A DNA stretch of 63,858 nt, filler included, from Octopus bimaculoides (taxonomy: Eukaryota): assembly GCF_001194135.2 (NCBI RefSeq). It is 5 parts of 3 records of this genome, joined end to end, with 100 filler letters (N's around TTAATTAATTAA, not from the genome) between each part and the next. Parts side by side here need not be neighbours in the genome. Positions count along the whole stretch, not along the records: positions 5,630 to 30,658 come from NC_068981.1; 4 more parts are not named here. One strand, written 5' to 3'. The position numbers and the translations under genes were made by a program. The notes beneath the pieces were generated by a model. That model did not search any database. It was not told the origin of the DNA and saw only the letters and a program-made list of their open reading frames with translations. Shown here in pieces: positions 13,162 to 23,400 of the stretch; position 1 is the first letter of the stretch, and every line of letters begins with the position of its first letter.

Positions 13162-13383
13162 ATATACAACGTTTTACATTAGTGCCACGATCAAAACAAT
13201 TCTACCACACTCTGCCTAATAACAACCAGCTGTCTGATAACAATGACGGAGGTGATCTTCAAAATAACAGTTATGTACATCAGATAGATGAAAATAAAGA
13301 TATTACATCTACAGAATTTACTTCCACCCTTATGTCTGAGAAATATGCAAATGAAATTGAGAAGGGTATTGGAAGAACTCTCG
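13162..13383 (+). CDS. Orphan internal coding exon of an unidentified gene (xIQRFTLVPRSKQFYHTLP...MSEKYANEIEKGIGRTL)
   Basis: Strong acceptor ttgttcttcag|, consensus donor CG|gtaagt, 222 nt open frame, phase 1-1, non-repetitive composition. Confidence 0.5.
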
Positions 13384-13969
13384 GTAAGTCAACTTTATCA
13401 AACATTTAAGATTCATGATCTGCACTAGTCCCATTTTACTGCTTTGTATTATCATACTGTAACATGCTTTTGGTCCTTGGGTAGCAACTGTTATTTTCTA
13501 TTTGCTTACCCCTGGAAAGTATGAAAAATGGCTAATATTTCCTTCAGACTTTGCTTTTATTACATTTATTCAAACCCCAAAGAGTCCCTCTCAACACATG
13601 GCTATGATGATCCCCCACTGCTTCTGCTCATATGTACATATTGTCAGCCACTAACAGACATACTCAAGTGGTCACAGTCACTGCTAATGGACATGTTCAA
13701 GTGATTAAGAGCAAGCAACTGACAAGCAAATCTGTATGGTACAGAGCAGAATATTTGCTATAATGATATTTCTGCTTCAGCAACTCAGCACTGAATCTGT
13801 TTGAAATGTAATGGAAAATGTGTCAGTTTCAAAACATTGATGTCCATGTCACAAAAACAAAGTGTGAAGAGAATAGTCATTTCTTTTGATTTCTAGATAG
13901 AAGCAAATAGGAAACAACACTTACTGACCAAAAACAAAAGCACATAAATAAAAATTTTGTTACATAGTG

Positions 13970-14590
13970 TTATTAGTTGACTAATTTACCAATTAACTTA
14001 TCAATTACTTGATCAATTATTTGCTCAATCAATTTGTTGATCTGTCAGAGTTGTTTCACTGTCATCTATGACCTCATCAATGACATTTCCTCATCTGCTT
14101 CAAGTAGTTCCCAAACCCTACCAAACCATATAAATGCAGAGAAGTTTAAAGATTCTGATGTGCAGAAAGTTCTCTAAGAACATCTTTCATCAATTCAACA
14201 TCCATCTTCATGGGGGTGAACTACAAAACGAGTCATATGATATCTCTTCTGAATTCCTTGGTTTTCAAAAAGACCATAATCAGGATTGGTTTCATGAAAA
14301 TAATCGAGAGAAAACTCCTACTTTAGCAGAAGTATGCGTTCAGCAAATCATTCCTTTAGAATAATTTATTCTCAATTAGACACAAAAGAAACTGTTTCAT
14401 TGTCATCTATGACCTCATCAATGACATATCCTCACCTGCTGCAAGTAGTTCCCAAACTAGATTTGTTGTTATCTCTAATATCATTGATGAAGTTGTACAA
14501 GACATGAAAGGGCTTTGACAAACCAACTAATTGAATGATCAATTGGTCATCCATTCAATTAGTTAACTTGGTTAATTAGTAAACTAATAA
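13970..14590. mobile_element. Non-autonomous TIR element with about 75-bp imperfect TIRs and an internal 65-bp direct duplication
   Basis: 13970-14046 is an imperfect reverse complement of 14515-14590; 14052-14116 is repeated at 14393-14457. Confidence 0.6.
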
Positions 14591-15204
14591 TAATAAAAAG
14601 AAATGAAATATAATCAGTTCGTGTTTTCATTGGCAAAAATTACCCCACAAGGTATAACAATATCTGTTTCATTTCAAGACTCTTGCCAATGAAATATGCA
14701 AAGGAAATACATTGAAACCATCATTTAATGTCTGTTTCTCCATGCTGGCATAGATTGGATGGTTCAACAGGAGCTGGCAAGCCAGAGGACTATGCCAAGT
14801 GCCATTATCTGCTTTGGCACAATTTCTACAATTGACTGCCCTTGCTTAGATCAAGTACTTTACAGAGTGTACTTGGTGCTTTTTATGTGGCACCAGCACT
14901 GGTGAAATCACCAAATAACTCGTAAGATATGATCCCTCAACTGAAGTGGGGTGTAGTATTGAGAGAGGTGGCTTTGTGATAGATCATGAGAGGTTAACGT
15001 ATAATAGAGAGACAGGAACAGCTGTTATGTTGTAGGAGTGATACATAATTACTCTCATAAGCAGAGACAAGTTGGTGGTGAAGATGTGTCATGGCATACC
15101 CTCAAGTTACCCTGTTTACCCATTTTAGCAAGAATAGATAGCTAAAATGTTAAAAAATAATGAAGAATTTAGAGAGGTTTATTAAAATAATTTTAACTCT
15201 TTTT

Positions 15205-15305
15205 AGGTGCAAGGATGGCTGTGTGGTTTAGACATTTACTTACAAACCACATAGTTTTGAGTTCAGTTTCACTGCATGACACCTTGAGCAAGTGTCTTCT
15301 ACTAT
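15205..15305 (+). mobile_element. tRNA-derived SINE 5' part, interrupted by a DNA transposon
   Basis: ggtgcaaggatggctgtgtggtt...gagttcagtttcactgc...agtgtcttctactat; consensus continues atagcc at 16364. Confidence 0.8.
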
Positions 15306-15405
15306 AGGGCTTTCCTATAAGTAGGTTATCTCCCTTGGCTAGGCGGCGCTCCATGTAGACAATTAAACTTCCGCAGACTATCCACGCTATTGTTATTGTT
15401 TCGAT

Positions 15406-15502
15406 GATTCAGCTATCGAAGTACATACTGTGCCTAAGTTAAAGAAATATTTAAGATTATATGGACAGTATGTTACTGGAAGAAAGGCGGACTTGACTGA
15501 AA
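15406..15502 (+). CDS. SAP-domain coding segment (transposon ORF2); no in-frame ATG found
   Basis: DSAIEVHTVPKLKKYLRLYGQYVTGRKADLTER matches the SAP pattern TV..LK..L...G..VTG.KADL.ER; possible donor AG|gtataa. Confidence 0.65.
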
Positions 15503-16042
15503 GGTATAAAAATTCTGTCGATGAAGAATGTCAACAAAGTAAATTCATCGGACGATAAGTCTGATGTATCGGACGATACTTCAGACAGGAATAAGCAGAA
15601 GCTTATATCTGCTCTCGGTGAAGTATTGCCTGATATAATTTTAATNNNNNNNNNNNNNNNNNNNNNNNNNNNNNNNNNNNNNNNNNNNNNNNNNNNNNNN
15701 NNNNNNNNNNNNNNNNNNNNNNNNNNNNNNNNNNNNNNNNNNNNNNNNNNNNNNNNNNNNNNNNNNNNNNNNNNNNNNNNNNNNNNNNNNNNNNNNNNNN
15801 NNNNNNNNNNNNNNNNNNNNNNNNNNNNNNNNNNNNNNNNNNNNNNNNNNNNNNNNNNNNNNNNNNNNNNNNNNNNNNNNNNNNNNNNNNNNNNNNNNNN
15901 NNNNNNNNNNNNNNNNNNNNNNNNNNNNNNNNNNNNNNNNNNNNNNNNNNNNNNNNNNNNNNNNNNNNNNNNNNNNNNNNNNNNNNNNNNNNNNNNNNNN
16001 NNNNNNNNNNNNNNCTAACTGCGTATATGATCATGCACTTAC

Positions 16043-16309
16043 TGATATTTTAAATACTTTGTTTGGAAAAACGGATGGCAAGGGGTGATCTTTCGATAGT
16101 CCATTAAAATTGACGAAATGCTGGGAACACATTTGGCTATTTGCAGTGTAAACAAAGTCTTTCCTCACAAATCTCGATCTCTGAAGCCAAATACGACAAA
16201 TAGCTACGTTTGCAGGATATCTATGTAGCGAAATAACTTTGCCAAACCGGTCAGTGCAGTATGTGAGTCGTCTGCGGAAGTTAAAGCAAGTCACTGAGCA
16301 TGCGTACAA
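16043..16309 (-). CDS. THAP zinc-finger exon (probable transposase N-terminus)
   Basis: MYACSVTC.N..ISLHRYP..W..RKDF..MCSQHF..PLPSVF is a C2CH THAP signature; ends at donor TCA|gtaagt. Confidence 0.8.
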
Positions 16310-16423
16310 GTCATACGGGAGAGTTCCAATCAGGGGTGATTAACAACCTTATAGGAACCCCCTATAGCCTTAAGTGTATGTTTGTGACCAGAGTAGACAA
16401 ACATACACTTACTCACACACACA

Positions 16424-16461
<38 letters not shown>

Positions 16462-17399
16462 TACATACATACATACATACATACGTACATACATACATAC
16501 AAACACATGAGCTCTTTCAATTTCCACCTATCAAATCCACCCATAAGGATTTAAGTCAGCCTAAGGCTATATTAGAAGACACTTGTCCAAGGTGCCATGC
16601 AGTGAGGCTGAACCCAAAACCTTGTGATTGGGAAGCAAATTTCTTAACCACACAGCCACACCTGCAACTGTCTTAGTTTTAAAAAATTAAAACGGATGGT
16701 CACAGCTGAAGCATCTTTGATTATAGATCATCTTGATCATGCCTGACCTGGGGCTAAACAGCCACAACAACAATGACAACAGTAATAATTCTTAGGGAAA
16801 CATCTGAAGAAGGACAATAGGATGGTCCTAAAATCTGAAAGATGTGATTATGAGAATGGTGGTGGTGATGGAGATGATATTTGGTCGGCAGTGGTGTGTT
16901 GTAGTGATGGTTGCAGTAATTGTTTTGGTGATTGTTGTAGCGGTTGTGGTAGTTACGTCACAGTGGTGATGTGTTGTAGTGGTTGGTGGGCAGGACTGTA
17001 TTCGCAATGGTTGGACTAACAATGGAAATAGTCCCCCATCATTGATGAGTTGGTGATGATAGTTGCTGCTGCAATGATGGTCATTGTTGTTGTAGGGGTG
17101 AGATGTAAAAAAAAACAAAGCACTTTTCTGAAAAATCGTTCATTTTGCATATATTATTTATTGTTTTTTGTTTTGGTTTCTTTTTTTTTAGATTTCTTCT
17201 TTTTGTTTTTTGTTATAAATGTTACTGCTGTTGTTGTCAAGATAGTGTGGTATGGGTGTCGATGTTTATGGTAGTCAGCTTTGATTTTAATTTCAATTTT
17301 CAAATTGCAGAAATTCACACATGCACACAAAACACTTATGCATATCTGCACACACATACACACACACAAGCATTATAAGCAATCACTTACACACACTCT

Positions 17400-17945
17400 T
17401 TCTTCTACTCATTTCCCTCTCATTCTTCTAGCATCTCTTCCTCACACATGCATTCACTCCCTCCCTTTATCTATCACTGTTTCCTCATTTCTTTCATTAT
17501 TTTCCTTTACTCTTTCAACAACAATCATTCTGTTTCTTTTTCCTCTGCCTCTCTCTGCTCCTCATTTCTCTCTCTCTCTTTCTCTCTCTCTCATACAAAC
17601 ACTATCTCCATCTCTTTCATTTACTCCTCTTTCTCTCCCTCTCCCCCCCCTCTATTTCCTCTTTTCCCCTCTTCCCTCGCTCCTCATCTCCCTCCTCCCC
17701 TCTCTCTCTTCTCACTCTGCTCTGTCCCCTCTTTTCCTTCTCGCTTTCCTCTTTCCCTCTCTCCTCCCTCTCACTTCCCTCCCCTGCCTCTCTCTCTCCT
17801 CCCTCTCACTTCCTTCCCCTGTCTCTCTCTCCTCCCTCTCACTTCCCTCCCCTGCCTCTCTCTCCTCCCTCTCACTTCCCTCCCCTGTCTCTCTCTCTCC
17901 CCTCCTTCCCTCTCTTTCCTCCCACTACTTCGTTTTTCTCACTCT
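17400..17945. repeat. Pyrimidine-rich low-complexity tract with four tandem units of about 33 bp
   Basis: Unit ctcctccctctcacttccctcccctg(c/t)ctctct at about 17760-17900. Confidence 0.85.
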
Positions 17946-18650
17946 TTCCTCTTAGTGGACTACAAACAAACCAGTAAACATTCTCCNNNNNNNNNNNNNN
18001 NNNNNNNNNNNCCACCGCAGCTCTGTATTCACCGCCACCACCATTCCACTTATTCTGCACCCTCACACAATATATGCCCCGCCCCACTCCTGATAACCAC
18101 TTCCGCCTCCACCTACCCTACCACAACCATCACCTCCTCTTCCCCTCCACTCACCCTCCTCCCAACACACGCACAACCATCACCATTGCTTTACACCCAA
18201 CTCTGCTTTATACACGTCCAACACCACACCACACCACATCACATCACAACACCACAATGCCTCAACGCCACCGTTCTATACCTTCCATTACAATTTACTC
18301 CACACCCCCTTGCCACACCACATCAATACTACATCTTCAACACTCTGCTCTGTACACCGACACCACCAACACTATCAGCACGCAAACACTCCGACACTGC
18401 CATCACTGTTAATCGCCACCACCACCACAACCACTGTACACCTTATACCACCGCCATATAACCACAACACTATGCCAACTTCACTGTGCTATGACAAATC
18501 ACCTTAACTAATTAATAGACAGTGAATTTCACTGCATATAGAAAGAATTTTTCATTAATAAAACTTACCACCTTTTCACTGCGATATGCATATTATTGCC
18601 CCCCCCCGCCCATATATATATATGTGTGTATATATATGCATATGTGTGTG

Positions 18651-18696
<46 letters not shown>

Positions 18697-19074
18697 ATGT
18701 ACACATTCATATATATATCCATTTTTAATATGCAGTCTTATCACACACTCTTATACATACATGCATCTTCATATACGTAGACTCATTGTAGATTATATAT
18801 ATGTGAGTGTGTGTGTGTGTGTGTGTGTGTATACACACAAGTACATATAAGTATGCATATATATGTGTGTGTTATATTTATGTATATCTATGCCTGTATT
18901 TATATATAAGCATACATGCATAAATTTGTATGTATGTGTGTGCATGTATATAAATACATATATATATGTGTGTATGTATATATATATATATATATATATA
19001 TACATACATACCTGTGAATCTATGAGCCTGTGTGTATATGTATGTATATATGTATGCATTTATTAATATATGAT

Positions 19075-19111
<37 letters not shown>

Positions 19112-19550
19112 CAGCAGGCATAGATTCTGGTTCAAAAGTTTACTTCCCAACCACATAGTTTCAAGTTCAATCCCTCTATATGACAGTTTGATCAGAGCCT
19201 CAGGTTAACCATAATCTTGTGAATGCATTTGGTTGAAAGAAACTGAAAGAAGCCCATTGTATTATCTATATAGGTTTGTCTATGTCACCTTGTCTTGAAA
19301 TCACGTGATACTTGTAATAAATAATTGCTAGTCATGCATCTGGTGCCATCCATTTCCAATCTTCTGTGAAAACCTGTCCAGGTATAAGGAAATATCTCCT
19401 TGTTTGGAAAAGGGGTAAGGGTTGGTGACAGGAAGGGCATTCAGTCAGAGAAAATCTACCTGAATGAATTCCATCTTACCCATGCAAGTAGGGAACAGTA
19501 GCTGGTGATATGATGATGTACTGAATGTATGTGTGTATATATATTTAGAT

Positions 19551-19720
19551 ATTGTGTCCAAGAGAGAAAACTGTTCTGGTTTGGCCATGTGATTCATATG
19601 GATGAGGACAGCTGCATAAAGAAGTGTCAAGCTCTCATTGTGGAGGGTACCTGTGGAAGAGGTAGACCCAGGAAGACATGGGATGAAGTGATGAAGCATG
19701 ACCTTCAAACATTGGGCCTC
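19551..19720 (+). mobile_element. RTE LINE C-terminal fragment
   Basis: VQERKLFWFGHVIHMDEDSCIKKC..VEGTCGRGRPRKTWDEVMKHDL. Confidence 0.85.
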
Positions 19721-20467
19721 ACTTCTGCTGTTTACAGCAGTGCTTGGAAGGAATGTGTGCAGCGTGTGATCATCACATTGAACATGACAGAGAAACTTGA
19801 GCACAGGATCTGCATCGAATTTTGTTAAAAGCTTGGCGACACCTGCTCAGAGGCCTACACAAAGTTTTCAAAAGGTTTTTATCATTCTCGACATAATCAA
19901 TATCCTGTGCATCTGAAACCCGAGTGTCTCTTTGGTCAGCTGAAAGCTGTTTTGGCACAAACTTGGCAGACACTCGTCTCATACCGAAATCTTCAGCGAT
20001 AATGGACTGAACTGCACCGTAACTAATCTGTACATCCTCTGATAACTCATGGATTGTGATTCTATGATTTCCCTTCACAGCTGCATGCACATCTGCGATG
20101 TTTTTCTCAGTTCGGCTGGATGTGGGTCTCCCAGAATATTTGTCAATATCGACATTTTTTTGGCCATCTTGAAAACTTCTTTACCACTCGTATGCTTGTG
20201 TGCAGCTCATATACTTTCTGCAACTCTGTGTAGGCCTCTCAGCAGGTATCACCATGACAGTTTTCTCAGTCATGGTCAATGCGACAATCACACACTACAC
20301 ACCTTCCTTCCAAACACTGTTGTAAACAGTAGAAGTGAACTACAATGTTAAAACTTAATGCACATGCACAACAGAGTTCAAGGTCAATCTTTGCCAAGTG
20401 GTTTCACTCTGTGTGCTTTATCTTTGTTATTATGGCAACAGTTCAGACACTTATCGATCAGACCTCA
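19721..20467 (-). mobile_element. Mariner derivative with an inverted 5'-end duplication, copy 1
   Basis: TIR (reverse complement) ta-tgaggtctgatcgataagt at 20469; transposase peptide RITIHELSEDVQISYGAVQSII..MRRVSAKFVPKQL; inverted copy of the 5' end (MTEKLEHRICIEFC) on + at 19721-19875. Confidence 0.85.
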
Positions 20468-20589
20468 TATATATATAAGTGCCAATGCACAAAACTCTTG
20501 TGAATCTGTTACTTCTGCTAAATATTAATAAAAATATACATATATTCATATTTTGAGTTCTATTTTCCTGTTTGCATCCACATGCCTAT

Positions 20590-20775
20590 GTGTCAACTAC
20601 AAGCTTTACTGGAAGATTTTAGCCAAGTGTACACCTTATACCAGTGGTAGTGGCAAGTATGGCCTTTGTAATATGGAAAGATTTCTCATCTGGAAAAGTT
20701 CCTTAGACCCCGGTACATGTTTAAATTCAAGATCTGAACATTTTGGATCATGTCCACATGTCACAAAATAGCTGT
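20590..20775 (+). mobile_element. Penelope-like element C-terminal fragment
   Basis: YKLYWKILAKCTPY..GLCNMERFLI..LNSRSEHFGSCPH resembles the W.IL..Y..C.LC..EK..I..LN.RSE..C.H tail of PLE proteins. Confidence 0.7.
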
Positions 20776-21265
20776 TACAGTTTTGGGCCCCCACAAGATC
20801 ACAGCTAGAAACCACATTTCTACTATGTTCCTGCACAAGCTTTCGCATATGTTTTAACTTCCATTAATTTTTTATTTTTCATTTTATTTTTCATATATAT
20901 TTTTCCTTTTTAATTGTGTGAGTGTGTACGTGTGTGTGTATATGTATGTATATATATTATATGTATATGTATGTGCGTGAGTGTATGTATATGAGTGTAA
21001 GACTGTGTCTGGTGCATATGTGCAACTTTCATGCACACGCCCCCTTCATTCATATGGATATGCATATGTTTGTATATGTATGGGTGTAGGTGTGTGATGG
21101 GAGGGTGTATATATGTATGTATGTGTGTGTGTCTATGTGGGAGTGCAAATATATGTCTGTGTGTGTATATATATATATATATATACACATATAAATGTCT
21201 AAATATATGTGTATTATGTTATGTGTATTTATGTAAGCAACTATGTGTATATGAGGATGAGGTTG

Positions 21266-21306
<41 letters not shown>

Positions 21307-22999
21307 GTGTGTGTGGATATATGTATATGTATGAGTATGTACATACATATATGTATGTGTGTGTACATGTATGTATACATGTTTGTGTGAGTATGTACAT
21401 ATGTAGACATTATGAAGCAGGAGGTTTATGTCTGTGTATTGTGAGAATATGGTTGCGTGTATTTTTTATCTTTTCTCTTTTACCATCTATTAGAGTTACT
21501 TCCCTTTTATTTAACGTTTTTTTTTTCATAGTGTCTGTTGCCATTAATAGCCAACAAGAATGTGTCGTAGCTCTTCACTCTGACATTCGAAACTCTGAGT
21601 ACTATAATGACAACCTTTTACTGTTTGTTCTAAATTATAACATTATATATATATAAATATGCTTGTATGTGTGTGTGTTCCTATTTAGGCATGTGAAAAT
21701 GTGTATATGCATANNNNNNNNNNNNNNNNNNNNNNNNNNNNNNNNNNNNNNNNNNNNNNNNNNNNNNNNNNNNNNNNNNNNNNNNNNNNNNNNNNNNNNN
21801 NTATATATATATATATATATATGAGAAAATGGCATCATCACCATGATGAGTGTACATGTGTTAATACATTTGCAAAAAAAAAACTCAGTACATGCATGTA
21901 TTCTGTACTTTTCTATGTTTTTACAAGTTTTAATCATCAAACTGAAACTAGGTAGTCATGCTGGAGCACTACCATAAAAAAATTTTGGGCTGATTATATC
22001 ACCTCCACTAATTTACTTAGTACTTAATTTGTCAACTTCATGAGCTAGAAAAGTGAATTCTACAAGATTGTATCTTACTGAGCATTCAATAAAATCTAGC
22101 TGGATCAGCATTTGTTTGTTGTGTGACATCATCCTGTTTCATTAAGCTTTTTTTCCTTCTGCAAATACTTTTAGTATAAATAGTGATTAAGTCATGCTAT
22201 TAAATTAGTTATGTTGCTGAAGTGCTCGTAAATAAAACCTTGTATGAAGTTATCAAAAATAACCTCACTGGCATAACTGTGTGGTAAGAAACTCACTTTG
22301 TAACTATATGGTTTTGGGTTCAGTTCTACTGTGTGATTCCTTGGGCAAGTGTCTTTTACCAGAGTCTTGGGCTAATCAATGCTTTGTGAGTGAATTTGGT
22401 AGATGGAAATTGTGTGGAAACCTATTGTGTGCGTGTGTGTCTTTGTCCCTCCCCCACAATACTTGAAAACTGGTGTTGGTTTGCTCATGTCCCCCATAAC
22501 TTAGTGGTTCAGCAAAAGAGAGCAACAGAATAAGTACTAGACTTAAAACAGTAAGTACAGGGATTGATTTGTTCTATGTAACCCTTCATGCCAGTGCCCC
22601 AGCATGACCACAATTCTATGACTGAAACAAGTAAAAGACAAAAGAAATAATATTGTGTAACCCTTTGAATAGTTGAACATATTAACAAAATGGTATTCTA
22701 GCTAATCTAGCTTTAAGAGCCATTATACAGAGCTTTCAGTAACTGTTTATAACGTGGAGGGTTTAACTCTTTGAAAACTGGTTTACTGTTGGAATAGGTA
22801 TATTACACATTATTGTCAGTAACTGTAGAGTTGCATGGATAAAGATAAAGGTCCCTGAAGTAAATGGAGTAACCTGTCAAATATAATTATATCCTTGATA
22901 TCTCCTTGCTGAGAAACCTTAGCACCTTCCATAATTGCTAATATGTAAGATGCAATGCATTTACCTGTAAATTAGTTCTGTGGCCAAGTAAATTATGGA

Positions 23000-23400
23000 T
23001 GTATTGATAGTACCTAAAAACATTTCACTGAACTTATATCGTACCAAAAGTACTAACCAAACTGTCTTTGGCAGAGAACATTTTCTCTTTTATAGTATTC
23101 ATTCAAGGCTGGATGAGCCAATCCATAACTTTTCTGGTACCATCAAGACTGGTGGTAACTTTGTTTATCTTCAGATCAGCCTTAATCCAGTAGGTAATGT
23201 TTATCCCCACTTAAACATGAATGTTCTGTTAGAACAAACTATACTGCAGTAGATACCATGAGAGAAACTCTCATATTGACTTTTTGTGCAGAATGGACTC
23301 TTGTTTATATTGCTAGTGGGGAGATAAATCCTCGCCATCTCCAGGTCAAGACCACCAGATCACGTGATTTGGACCTTCTTTGGTCTTGTCCAAAAGCATT
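23000..23400 (-). mobile_element. Highly decayed CR1/L2-like RT fragment
   Basis: Frameshifted motifs FMFKWG*, TSL..RKVMDWLI and RENVLCQRQFG. Confidence 0.45.

Larger units (their letters stand above)
15306..16363. mobile_element. TIR DNA transposon with convergent SAP-domain (+) and THAP-domain (-) exons; ISL2EU/PHIS-like
   Basis: TIRs agggctttcctataag / cttataggaaccccct (14/16 match); AT duplicated at 15304-05 and 16364-65; N gap in the centre (15646-16014). Confidence 0.75.

Noticed and set aside
17281-18461. 224-aa and 337-aa Leu/Ser/Pro/His-rich ORFs
   Set aside because: They are translations of CT- and CAC-rich low-complexity DNA.
18522-21955. Many YIYI/HTHT/CVCV ORFs
   Set aside because: They are dinucleotide microsatellite artefacts.
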